NCBI RefSeq assembly: GCF_009914755.1
Contig: NC_060933.1
Direction: 5' to 3' (one strand)
Length of the DNA: 64,000 nucleotides
Source: the human T2T-CHM13v2.0 reference genome, Homo sapiens
This document shows positions 1-13,882 of this stretch, piece after piece (the stretch's first letter is position 1; every line of letters starts with the position of its first letter). The notes under the pieces are model-generated. The model ran no database searches and was not told the origin of the DNA. It saw nothing but the letters and a program-made list of their open reading frames with translations. Both the position numbers and the translations under genes were made by a program.

Positions 1-1
1 T

Positions 2-458
<457 letters not shown>

Positions 459-2832
459 CAAAATTAAACACTTTAAAATAATTTTTTAAGAGGGTATTTA
501 AAGCAATATTTACTATTTAAGAAAAAAATGATTTCTTTCATAGATAGTGCCTTAAACCACAGGCACTGGTAGATCTGATGTACTTAATAATAAGAAATAA
601 GCTGGGAAAGATGAAGGAGAAAGGTAACTACCAAGTAAGGGAACTGAGTAACACTAACACTTAAAAATACAGACACTGTGTTGGAAGCAAAATTTTTTTT
701 GCCTATGTCAAAATATTCACATGGTTCATATGCAACACAGAGAATATGAGTAGCACATTTTAGTGCAAGTGTATAAAACTGCATATGGTCACTGTGATTT
801 TGCCTCAAGGCACAGTGGAAAAAACAGAGGAGTGGCTTATTACAAGCCCACCTACCATGAAATCACATTTCCTCTGCGATGCCTCCTTTTCCCCATCTCT
901 CTCCACCTGGGGGCCAGCTGGGAGGTCTGCTGTAGCTTATCACAACAGGCCAGTTATTTGTCTCTTCTGACCGGACTGTGAAGTCCAGGAGAAGGGGCAC
1001 TGAGTTACTCCTCTTTAGATCTAGTTTTGCAGCATCGAGGAGATCACACGGGAGGGAGGCACTTCTCGATTCAGTCATTTATTGAAAGCGTGTTTTAACC
1101 TGGGGCTCATGTCTGTGAACATAAGTCAGGGCATCTGTGAACTTGAATGAGAAAAAAATTATACCTTTATTTTCATTGAATTCTGACAGAAATTTAGCAT
1201 CTCCTTTAATTATAAATGTAAGTGATATAAGTACCTCTGACATTCACCAAGAGAAATCACAGATGTTTTCATATTATGTTGCAGTTGGGGTGGATATCTT
1301 GAAGTATCATCGATGTTCATTATTGTTTCTGATTTATGGCATTGTTTAGACCCACTTCTGGCTATTGTTATTTAATATATTAACATAGAAGAGTATATAT
1401 CACAATATCACAAATTTGTTTTTAAAAATATTTTTATAACTATATTTCAATATAACCAATTTCTTTTGTATTCCTGCATTTTATTTTGTACACTTAAAAC
1501 TATTACTCTGAGGTCAAGATTTCACCATACCACCAAAATGTTCACAGCACAAAAACCTCCTGACTACACATCTATTTGTAAGAAACTTTGCTTAATCCCA
1601 GATGAGATCAATCCACAAATACTTATAATCTAGAAAAGGGAAAATGAACTAATATCCATTCATCAAAATGGCTTGTATATAACTCAATTACTACCTTATA
1701 CCTCAAGGTAGAAGGAACCTGATTCACAAGATTTCTCATGTAACCTTACGATATACAATTGGGTAGGATATGGGCCATCTCTTTGAAAACGATGAAAAGT
1801 GAGTGGGTGCTACCCTATGTATCAAGAACATATTATGACTTTTCCCCTTCTTTAACAAAAATGTCTGTAAACCATACCAAATGTCCATAGTTTAGGTATT
1901 AAGTTTTGGTTTAAATGAGATAGTGAACAGGGGTGACTTTATTACAATATGAACAATCTGGCTAGAAAAATCTGTCATTTTTTAGACTTATCTCTGTTAA
2001 GATCACGCAGTCAAACCAACAGTAGTAATTAGATCCTTTCTCACTGACTTAGCTAAAGCTAATGAGAAATACACACCCCATTTTTGCACAAGCCTTGGAG
2101 GAGACAGATCGGCTAGAAGACAGTCTGAGATATGGAGAGGAGAGGGGAGAAAAAGTATTTAAACAAGCCTGCACCTAAGATCCACACTCAGACTGCAGAC
2201 ATCCTGGTCAGGTGACAGCTCAGGCCACCCAAAACATGGCGGAAAGGAATAGGAACCTTCCTTGGGGAAGGGAATAGGATGGGGGAAAGGGATAGGAATG
2301 GGGGAATAGGATGGGGTAAAGGAATAGGAAGGCCACCCAAAACATGTGGGAAAGGAATAGGAACATTTTCCTATGGCACGCCCACAACCACCACGTGTAG
2401 CTTGCGTGTGCTACCCAACCTGAGGAGAAGCGTGCCCAGCATGCATTCTGTCCTAGGATCTGAGGAAGGAAAAAGGGTGACTACTTGGTGCCACTCCCTT
2501 CTTTGCTCACAACACCCAAATAAATGCACAACTCCTGGCCCATTTATTTTTTATGTGCCAGGTAACAAGAGGGCTCATTGTATTTGGACATAACAGTGGG
2601 CTGGGGAGAAGTTAAAAGGCTGTCTGTAATTACTCAAACACGTGGAGAATACATTCTGCAACAGGTAGATGTTAATATTCCAATTTTCCAGTTGAGGAAA
2701 CTAAGGATTGAGAAGTTGTATACTAATAAAACTAGTCCATGTTAAGTAATGGAGATGGGAAAGTCTAATGCCAGGATGGATTTAAACTTTTTTATGTTGT
2801 GGGACTCTGAGAGAATCCCATGAAGGTTATCA

Positions 2833-3562
<730 letters not shown>

Positions 3563-3840
3563 CCCAGAAAAATGACTGTCTTTACATTTGTGTTAAATTT
3601 CCAGGAAGTTCATGGATGCCCCCTGAATTCCTTCAGAACCCCTGTTATTTGCAATTGAATAATTACTAAGTTATTACTTCCCTATGAAGTAATTATTCGA
3701 TTGAGGCTTATTGGACAATTACTTCCTAGGGAAGCAAGTGGCTAAGTTCATAAGATGCAAGGCAGGAACAAAAGTCGCCTTAACTGAATCCGGCATGGGC
3801 TTCACAGGTGCAGCAGCACTAAAATGAAACTGAGGCACTT

Positions 3841-3970
3841 GGCCAGGAGCAGTGGCTCATCCTTGTAATCCCAGCACTTTGGGAGGCCCAGATGGGAAGA
3901 TTGTTTGAGGTCAGGAGTTCAAGACCAACCTGGATAACATAGTGAGACCCTGTTTCTTAAAAGAAAAAAA
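3841..3970 (+). mobile_element. Alu left monomer (FLAM-like)
   Basis: Left arm only, A-rich end. Confidence 0.8.
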
Positions 3971-5616
3971 TTAGAAATCATGGCACTTGCTAAATAAAAG
4001 ATAGTGGAAAGAAGGCTTTCTTAGGGAGTTATGGATAGTACCTAGTACACAGGACAAGACAGAAGGTAGGTTTCTAGGTATACGGCCCTGTATTGGGACA
4101 TTGAGAAGAGGGAAATCTTATTTACAGAGATGCCAGATGAAGGCTGGATTGGATCCTGTAGTGGACTTTGTAGTTGCCTCTCCAGGTTCCATGTCTGTTT
4201 TCTAGGTCCGGTTGGGACTGCTCCCACTCTCAATTCCAGAACAGAACCCACTGACCTAAACCAATCAGTGTAATCCCACCTCTTTTACCACGGTGGCTGA
4301 GTGTATGTGGACCAGGCTTATCCAGCAAAGGGAGACCTATGACCTAGGGGAAGAGAAGCATTTCCCCTTCTGCCCAGTGACAGGCTATGAAGAAACAAGT
4401 CACAGGGCTCCTAGTAGATCTTTGTGACCAAAAGGATAAGCCAATTCTAAGATGAACCCAAATGAAAGACACATAAAAGAGAGAAAAACTGCCTTTGGTG
4501 ATACCACTGAGCTCCTGTATCAAATTTTTCCCGCAGCCTGCTACCCCTGAGGCTAATACATTTCCTTTATTACTTACAGATGGCCTTCATACATCATGAT
4601 ATTCAGATTTAATTCTCAATAACTCGGAACCACTGAATATCATTCATCAGGCAGATAATCAAAATGTTCTGTATGAAGATTAAACTGATAGAGGTGTGTA
4701 GGAAAGATTAGAAGGGAAAGATGGGGACTAGGGAATGACAGCCTGTATCAGGATGGTGGCAGTGAGGGTGAGAAGGAAGAGAAACACAAGAGAAGTACTG
4801 CAGAGAAAAACTGAACTTTTCTTCTGGTTAGATGGGAGGCAAAGCAGAGTTCTAACATTTAGTTCACTCAATTTTACTTCTGATTGATGACTTACTATGG
4901 TAATGTAATACCATAACACAATGATTTCCCCAAAATTACAAACAAAGTAGTCTCAGATATTTTATTAATTGGGTCACAAACAATGTGAATATACTTAGAG
5001 TAAAGGTGAACATAATATGGTAGCAAAACAAATAATGTCATTTTCAGTTGATGTTGATGTTTTATTTGCATGCCTGCCTATGGCACCACAGGTAGGATGA
5101 CCATATAATTTAGAACATGTTTGAGAGAAAGAGAGGTGCATCCAGGGCCACAAGGATTAGCTTGGGCAACATGGGACATAAGGCCACCCAAAACATGGGG
5201 GAAAGGAATGGAGGTGAAGGTGTTCTGTATACCAAATGTCTGAAGCTGGGCACAGCTGGAAAGAAACTAAGTTTTCTCCTCCATCGTGATGAAGGAGAAT
5301 GATATGGGGAATGATAAATCATCCTGAATGAAAGCAGTGCCCAATCAGACCTTGTCTCTGGTGTTAGCTCCACAAAATAAATGGGAAAGTGGGTAAATGT
5401 GGTTGACTGACTCTTCTGTTTCTCTGTTTATAGAAAACTCTTCCATCTCTTGTTGGCATTTATGAAGCCAGTGCTCCACTGATATTCCACAGTGGTCTGC
5501 TCTTCCCCAGGACTCTGGAATCCTCACTGCTTCTCCGTCCCCCACTCCATCCACACAGAAACACCATTTGGACATCCTCAGTATCTTAAAGAGCTGTTTG
5601 TAGCAAAATTACTCAC

Positions 5617-5645
5617 CCACTGATTCCAATGATAAATGTTTTCAT
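5617..5645 (-). CDS. NMRK1: NMRK1 first coding segment MKTFIIGISG (exon 5617-5680 including 35 nt of 5'UTR)
   Basis: ATG at 5645-5643, donor GG|gtgagt at 5616-5611, acceptor ttttag at 5682-5681 after a pyrimidine tract. Confidence 0.95.
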
Positions 5646-6264
5646 AATTAGCTTTGAAAATCACAGCTTCCTAATATTTCCTAAAAGTAAAAAAACAAAC
5701 AAACAAATCAAATGCATTTCATTTAGATGTCTAGGGAGATAAAAGAATCCTAAATTAGGAGCACCAGCTGAGAGGGGAGGATGACAGTGACCTTTCAGCC
5801 CAGCCCCGCATTATCCACATTCCCGCCGCACTGGCTTCCCCTGCTACCACTGAGTGCCAACCACTGGGGTGTGCTCAGGACTGTCAAACAGTTCAACGTC
5901 AGGTGACCTGCCGGAGCACTCCCCCTTGAACGTCTGTTTTCTGGGCGTGGAAGAACTGCTAGGCCACAGCGTGGTATATGAAGTTTCATCCTCTCCTTAG
6001 CCAGGTTGCCTTCCACCTTCACGATTCAGTCGCCTGGGTATGACTCATTATCAGTGAGGGAGGGACCCCTGTGGGCTGGCCTCTTTCTCCCCTCATGAGA
6101 CAAGGAAAAAGTCACTGCTGACCAGAGGCAAAAAGAAGCTAATGCCGTTTAAAGATACTGCCCTTATGAGACAAGAAGAAAGTTACTGCTGGCCAGAGGC
6201 AAAATGAAGCTAATGCCGTTTAAAGACACTATTTCTTCACCCAAAAGCCTAGGTCTTGGGCCTG

Positions 6265-6530
6265 GCTAGGTACATTTTTTTTGGAAACAGGCCAGACAGT
6301 AAATATTTGACACTATGTGGGCCAAGAGGCAAAATCTAGGTTGTTATGTATGGACTTATATAACAAGAGAAAAAACATTTTCACAATTTTTTTTGATGAA
6401 ATTCAACATATAATCATAATTTTTTTAACAGGTCTACTAATGACAAGAATGAAATTCCCTTTTATTGGGCTATCATTTCTCTTAATTGGATTTCTGTTGT
6501 GCTTTCTACATGAAACTGCAAATGTTCAGG
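6265..6530 (+). mobile_element. MER58-family hAT-Charlie fragment
   Basis: GGCCAGACAGTAAATATTT...GGGCCAAGAGGCAAAAT resembles the MER58 group. Confidence 0.6.
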
Positions 6531-6967
6531 CAGAGGGCCAAGTTAAGCCACCGGCCACTGTTTTGTGGATTTTTGGTTTAGGGGATGGAGGGCAGTTTCA
6601 TACATGCCTCCCTAACGTTCACTAAAGTAGTCCTTGGTTATTACAATGGGCCATTTTTCTCACTAAGTGAAAAGGTGAAGCACAGCTGGAGGGAATCTTA
6701 GAATAGTGGCTCCTGAAGGTCATCCCTGAAGGCCACTCTTCTTCCTTCCTATCTGCTCAGGGGGGTTGCCAGGGACCTAGGCCGTGTAGCCAGGGGCAAG
6801 CGGCTGCCTGCCAAGCTGGAGGCTCCCAGCAATGCTCCAGTTTCTATGATCTGTGTCCACACTCTCCCTGGGGAGGGGTTATGCAGAAAAAAGCCTGGTG
6901 GGAAGAGGGCTATTGTTGTCTGACTTCTTGGCTTATCTAAATATCCCACATTGAGTACAATTGCTTA

Positions 6968-7361
<394 letters not shown>

Positions 7362-8256
7362 TCATCCAGAGTTATGTTGTTGAATACACATCTCCATCCA
7401 AATTTACAAGATGTATCGAGGGAATGACTGCATACAATGAATATTGTAAAATACATTTTTATGTTGTAATTTTTCTGCTTTTGAATTTTATTTTACCCTA
7501 TTCTTATTTTTTTGGTATGTCGGTTCAATGCTGCCAATTAGCCTTTTTTTGGGAAGGGAGAGGCTGCTCTTTATCTCACTTTTGTGGTGATAAATGTTCT
7601 TTCTCTTACAAAACTATGTTGTCAGAAGATGTTAGTAGAGTGATATCCTCACTTTACCAAATAAAATAAAAATTCATAAAACCTTGTCATTCCTTGCCCC
7701 CATTATTTTTGGATAGCTCGCTGAAGCATAAATTCTCAAACTTGGAGAAGTATAGCTTTAGCGATTACTTGGTCTACCCCTTCATTTTGCATAAGTGGAA
7801 ACTGGCTCAGACAATAGAGCAATTTGCCTAAGGTCACACAGACAGTAAGTGGAAAAGCCAGATATTAAACTAAACCAATTGAGCTGACTTCTTTCTATCA
7901 CTCCAAGCTGCTAAAAAGCACTTTATTACTAACAGCAAAGAAAGGGTGTTAGGTATGTGCTAGCTTAATTGTCAGGCTCTGATGTATAATTGATGTCATT
8001 CTTACTGATGTATTATTGATGGGGCATCTATTTGCTGTGCACACAGAATGGAAAGGACTACTGGTCCCCGTCCTAAACTGCCACATCTGTGGTTACACGT
8101 GTGACCATTGCATCAATTACATGGCATGTAAATAACAAGTGAGCATGGTTGTGGCATGGGAAATAGGCTTGAGGGGGTTACTTGCATTCAGGAACCAGGA
8201 GTAAGATGGCATAAAAAACCTACTTATAAAATCTCTCAGATACAGTCAAATGTAAG

Positions 8257-8288
<32 letters not shown>

Positions 8289-9418
8289 AAACAGGAACTC
8301 CCAGTTCTACATTAGTTAGCAGTCTGGGCCTGTCCAAGCCAGTGTTTGGGTAAATGCTGGGCATACCCTATCAGCTATGAGCAAGTGACAATGTGATGGG
8401 AAGGGTGGGTAACTGGAACATGCAGAGACAAGAGAGGCAACTGGGCTAAGTGACTAGGGCGGGGTGGGGGGTGGGCCTAGCAATCCCTGAAGGCATTTAT
8501 TTCAAAAACAGTGTGGATGCACAGGGCAGCTTTAGGGGAGCTCCAAGTTCAGGCCTGGCACTGTCCACCTCCACATCACATTCTACTATTTCATTGCCTG
8601 TTGCCCCTATAAAAAAAATCACCAAGGCTGCAGTGAGCCATGACTGTGCCACTGCATTGCAGCCTTGGTGACACAGCGAGACCCTATCTTGAAAAAAACC
8701 AAAACAAACAGGCAAAAAACAACCCAAAAACTGCCTCCCATAAAACCAAAAACAAAACAAAAAATCAAATTTAAAAAGCTCGCAATTGAGTTGCCAGGCT
8801 TCATGAAGCAAATGCAAGCTTCGTACAAACTGTAAATCATGTGATGTGTCCAAAGAGTCATCATTTCAGGGCACGTCTATCACTAGAATCCACACCACCT
8901 TCAATCTCATGGAATATCTGTGTAGTTTATTTTCCCAGTGCGTGCAAGGCTTTCCTCAACAGCGGAGAGCTTTTGCATAGCAGGAGAACAAACTAGGATA
9001 GCCAAGAGCAAACCTGAAATGACTAATTTTATTTTTTACACTTTTTTTTAACCCTAAGTAAAATGTTGGGTTTTTTAAAATAATTCAGGTGTGTTTATTA
9101 TGCTTAATTCATTTCACTACTAAACACTTGCCTTTTGGATTCTAAACTGCAGAATGGTCAGAAGTGGCATGTGCAGAATCAGCAGATTGTACGAACTCTC
9201 TAACGCAGCTCTCTAACGCAAATGATCTGAAAGACAGCTGACAAAGCTAAATGTGCTCTTCAAATGTATCTACAGGACAGTCTGATATTTTAAAAAGAGA
9301 AAAATGTTTCCAGGACTTCTTACTCTGTATTCTATCCAACAGCTATTTTGATTCTCTTCTTCCAGGAGATAGGGCAGTCTTTTCCTACTATTGTTTAAAC
9401 TTTGCTCCCTTTTGGTAA

Positions 9419-9717
<299 letters not shown>

Positions 9718-9914
9718 AAGGGCTGGGGTTTTTGAAAACGCAATTCATGCCCCTCCCCCATTGGTTTCATTTATGTAGGTTCTTAGGTAAACAGTTTTTT
9801 CTTTCCCCAAATATACAATTAATTTACAATATTGACTGTTATTTTGAACTTATGCCATTGGCTTCCTTGTGTGCTCCAGTTCTTTCCTCCCACCGAAGAT
9901 TCAATCCGATAGAT

Positions 9915-10225
9915 CAGGGGTAGGAAAACTTTTTCTGTAAAGTGCCAGACAGGAAATGCTTTGGGCTTTGCCAGCTGCTACTCAACCCTGCTGGGTAATG
10001 CGAAAGCGGCCACAGAAAACACAGATGCAAATGAGCGTGACCGTGTTCCAGTAAAATTTTACGGACACTGAAATCGTAATTTCATGTAATTTTCACGTGT
10101 CACAAAGTATTATATTTCTTTTTATTTCTTTTCAGTCATTAAAAAAAGTAAAAAAAAAAAAAATTCTTAGCAGGCCTTACAGTAACAGGCAGCAGGCGGG
10201 CAGTAGGTCATCACCCCAACGCTAG
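9915..10225 (+). mobile_element. MER58B-like DNA transposon abutting the CpG island
   Basis: CAGGGGT...AACTTTTTCTGTAAAG start; internal CCGTGTTCCAGTAAAATTTT motif. Confidence 0.75.
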
Positions 10226-10537
10226 AGGAATGAGACCATATCGATCCGCGAGGATCAAGTCCTGATCCTGTCCCTGGCGACTTCTCCAGGCTGCGCGGTC
10301 TCTTGGAGGCAGCGTTCCCATTTTCAGGATTATTCCGGGGCGCTAGAGCACCACGCCACCATGAGTACACGTCCTCCTCCGCAGGCCACCTATCAGCTCT
10401 GTGAGGGTGGCAAGAGTCCAGGCAAGGCTTTCAGGGCGCAACCAAGTCCCGGGCTCCAGCACAGAAACCCTCTGGAAACACCTCCAGGCCCCAGCAAGGC
10501 GGCGCGGCGCGGCAGGGGCGAGCAGGTACGCACTCAC

Positions 10538-10720
10538 CTGGCGCCAGTTCGAGTCCTCCCAAACACAGCGGCAGAGGCGACAGCCAAGCGCGCGCCTGTA
10601 CCCAGTGCGCCGCTACCCGCAGCTCGCTCCCCGAGAGGCCCACAGCCCCTTTCCCCACGCTCCTCCTGGGTTAGAGGGATGCCAGGTAGGGGCGGTCACC
10701 AGAGGCCCCTTTTCTCTACT
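10538..10720 (-). other. NMRK1: NMRK1 non-coding exon 1 (5' end approximate)
   Basis: Consensus donor CAG|GTGAGT at 10538/10537 on the minus strand inside the CpG island; no upstream ATG seen; TSS inferred. Confidence 0.75.
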
Positions 10721-11222
10721 CTCGGCGCCGGGTTCCAGCCCCCGTTGGGGCGGGGCGGGGCGGGGCGGGGCTCCGGCTAGCTTGGCCTCTTCCGCGCGCC
10801 CCTGCGCAGCTCCGGCCCTTCCCTATCGGGAGCGCGCGCGGCCCGCGGCACTGCACTGGCGCACGCCCGCTTCGCCCTCGCTCGGCTCCGGCTGGTTCCG
10901 CCGCCGTGCGCGCCGCCCGCGCTCCTGCTGCGGCGAAGCTGCCAGCCCGGGAGCCAATTAGCGCTCGGCTAGGCGGGGTCCACTTCCTCGTCGGCCCGGC
11001 GCGCGCTCTGGACTGCTCCGGCGGCCGCGGGGCGGGGCGGAGCACTCGGCGGAGCCGCTCTGCCTGCGTCCGCTCTTCCCGCAGCCAAGGGTGGGCGCCG
11101 GTCCTAGGAGGCGCACGGTTGTAAGCCAGACAAAAAGAACTGGGGTGCCCGGAGTGCCAGGTGGCGGGCAAGCGGTGGGCTTTTCGGCGGGGTCTTTAGG
11201 ATTTGCAGCTCCAGGAAGCGAG

Positions 11223-11256
11223 ATGTCGAAGCCGCCACCCAAACCAGTCAAACCAG
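11223..11256 (+). CDS. OSTF1: OSTF1 exon 1 coding part MSKPPPKPVKP(G), Pro-rich N-terminus
   Basis: gcgagATG at 11223, donor CAG|gtgagg; frame continues into exon 2. Confidence 0.96.
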
Positions 11257-12824
11257 GTGAGGGAGGTAAGGTAGGCGCTTGCCAGGTCCTGCGACCGCCG
11301 CGGTGCCGGCGCCTCCTCTGCAGCTTGGCAGGGAGGACCCGGCGCGCACCCGGCCCCGAGCCTGGCTTCCGAGATCGGCCCCACCGGGATGGGCGCTCTT
11401 AGTTTTGCGTTCGCTGTTACGGAGGAGGGATCGATTTTGATAGCAAGAGGATTTCGAGGATTAATATATATATATATATTTAAAGGGGAGTAGCCCTCAC
11501 TTTTGCTACGTTGTCATTCGCTGAAACTTTCAGAGGGTGTGATGGCAACGTCCCATGGAAGTTTTCCGGAAAGACAGGGCCATTGATCTCCCTTTAAAAA
11601 ATGTCATGAAATGATCTTTAGCCACTTCCTCTTTTCTCAGTGTTTGTCACTGTCAAGTTAGGGTTCCTGACCGGCCAGAGCGAACGGGAAGTGCAATCCC
11701 TGCAGGGTGGGGTGGGCGAGCGAGCCTCCCTCGGGACTTAAGCGTGGAGCAGCGTTTGAAATTGACCTCGGGATCTTGGGAAGAGCGTTTAGAAAAAAAC
11801 CCTATACTCGCGCTCCTGGTGGAAAGAATCTAGGATGCGGCAGTGATCTCAGCTGTTGCTATTTGGAAGTGTCATTTTATCATCTCCTTTGCCTTTGCTC
11901 TCCCAAAGACGTTGGCGTGCTAAACCTGAGAGGGCTGAGATTACTAAATTCCTCAAAGCAGTTTTCTGGGCGGATTGTCCTTGTTCATTTTTGCTCTGTT
12001 CTTAGAATATTTTCTGTGATATGCAGAAATAAGATAATTGTAAAAGAAACTGACGTATTTTAATTAAAAGTTGTAACATACTGTTCCGCTCATTCATTTG
12101 GGTAGGTAATTAGAAAGGACTGACGTATTTCAATACTTTAACAACTCTTACGTGCATTCATTTGGGTAGGTAATTAAGGGAAATACAGGAAATGGAAGAT
12201 AAATGGCTCCGATGTATTCTTGGGTTTTTTCTTCCCATAGTGTAATTTCGGTATAGCGAAATGCTGAAATTTAATCCATTTACGTCAAATTTTGAAGTAA
12301 CTTTCTTTGCAAGAGATGAGTTTCAGTGATTACTTTTTTCCTTGATTTTCCTAAACTCTATAGCTTTCATACTTATCTAGTTTTGTTTCTTTGCGTTCCT
12401 GCAGTTGGAGTATGAAGTCCCTTTATTTGATAATCATGTACGTACGTATGTGGAATAGTGCTTCACTGAGGACTGACATCTTGGTGGGCTGAGTGTGAAG
12501 GAAGTTGCTGAGACTGGCTCTGCCCTGGGCAAAGATGGGGCACAGCTAGAGTTGGGTTCTGCATTGCATTAGATGTGGAATCTGATGAGAAATTTCCATT
12601 TTAAGTGCATATGTATGAGGTAGCTTTCTAAACTCAGGTGCAAATCAGGACCTTAAGTATCTAACAGTGCAGAGTTGTTCTTTGATAGCTAAACAATATT
12701 TTATTTATCTTATTTTTTTCTGATCACCTGCTGCCAGTTGAAATACGTTAAAGAATGCCCTTTTTAAAAATCTCTTCATGCGTATTAAATGCTGTCTATA
12801 TTGCAAATGGAGGGACATTGACAG

Positions 12825-12852
12825 GTGTGTGTGTGTGTGTGTGTGTGTGTGT
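12825..12852. repeat. (GT)14 microsatellite
   Basis: Seen directly. Confidence 0.95.
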
Positions 12853-13212
12853 ACACAGTAATGTATACATGTGGGTTCATTCACACTTGGGGGTTTAAGG
12901 GTCATCCTGTTACTAATTGTGGATACATTCCCAGGAACCTCCTTTCTCCTTCACATCAGAAAGCTTATGGTTAAACATGACAGGTGTTTAGAGGGAACTT
13001 TGCATTTTATTTTATTTTAATTTGTTTTATCTGGTCCTTGATTCAGGATAAAGGGAATTTTGAATCAACATTAATTTACAAATGAGATCCAGACACAAAG
13101 TTACCATAGAAATGGGTTTGCCAGTTTAGTAATTTACAGTGAGAAACATTACTGCCAATCAGAGTTGAAACTTTGTGTGGGCTAGCTTAGTTGAAGAAAA
13201 AAAAAAAGCGAT

Positions 13213-13350
13213 GGACAGGAGCAGTGGGCCATGCCTGTAATCCTAGCACTTTATGAGGCTGAGGTGGGAGGATTGCTTGAGGCTAGGAGTTTGAGACTAG
13301 CCTGGGCAACATAGCAAGACCCCGTCTCAACAGAGTACAAAAAACAAAAA
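13213..13350 (+). mobile_element. Alu monomer (FLAM-like)
   Basis: Left-arm consensus. Confidence 0.8.
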
Positions 13351-13379
13351 CAGAAATGTCCTATCGTAGTACTGTCCCA

Positions 13380-13600
13380 CATTTACTGTGTGTTAGGCAA
13401 TGGTATAGTCACTTTACACGTGTTAACACATTTGCTGCTCTCAACAATCTTATGAGATCAGTACCATTATATTGTTCCTGTTGCACAGATGGGGAAATAA
13501 AGATGCGCAGAAATGTTATTTAACTTGTCTAAAGTCAACAGTTAGAGTGGGGGATGTAGCAGGCAGTATTAAAACCCAGGTAGTCTGGCTTTGAAGTCTG
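13380..13600 (-). mobile_element. MIR
   Basis: Core-like CAGATGGGGAAAT...AACTTGTCTAAAGTCA. Confidence 0.65.
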
Positions 13601-13603
13601 CAC

Positions 13604-13882
13604 TTTTTTTTTTTTTTTTTTTTTGAGACAGACTCTCGCTCTGTTGCCCAGGCTGGAGTGCAGTGGCGCGATCTCGGCTCACTGCAACCTCCGCCTCTCG
13701 GGATCAAGCAATTCTCTGCCTCAGCCTCCCGAGCAGCTGGGATTACAGGCAGCCCGCCACCATGCCCGGCTAATTTTTTTTTTGTATTTTTAGTAGAGAC
13801 AGGATCCAGGCTGGTCTTGAACTCCTGACCTTGTGATCCACCCTCCTTCGCTTCCCAAAGTGTGGGATCACTGTGCCTGGCC
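13604..13882 (-). mobile_element. AluS-like with internal deletions
   Basis: Alu consensus; TSD AAGTCTGCACT. Confidence 0.9.

Larger units (their letters stand above)
10240..11420. promoter_or_regulatory. CpG island / bidirectional promoter of NMRK1 (-) and OSTF1 (+)
   Basis: Very high GC and CpG density. GC boxes (10747-10771, about 11029-11040), CCAAT 10954-10958, ETS-like CACTTCCT 10981-10988, no TATA seen, divergent first exons on each side. Confidence 0.92.

Noticed and set aside
5671-5682. Second AG 10 nt inside the NMRK1 ATG exon
   Set aside because: It affects only the 5'UTR and has a weaker pyrimidine tract.
9195-9220. CTCTCTAACGCA duplicated in tandem
   Set aside because: Ordinary slippage duplication with no functional hint.
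10361-11402. Long ORFs in the CpG island (139-186 aa, both strands)
   Set aside because: Arg/Ala/Pro/Gly-rich reading of GC-rich, stop-poor promoter DNA with no domain. Only 11223-11256 is coding.
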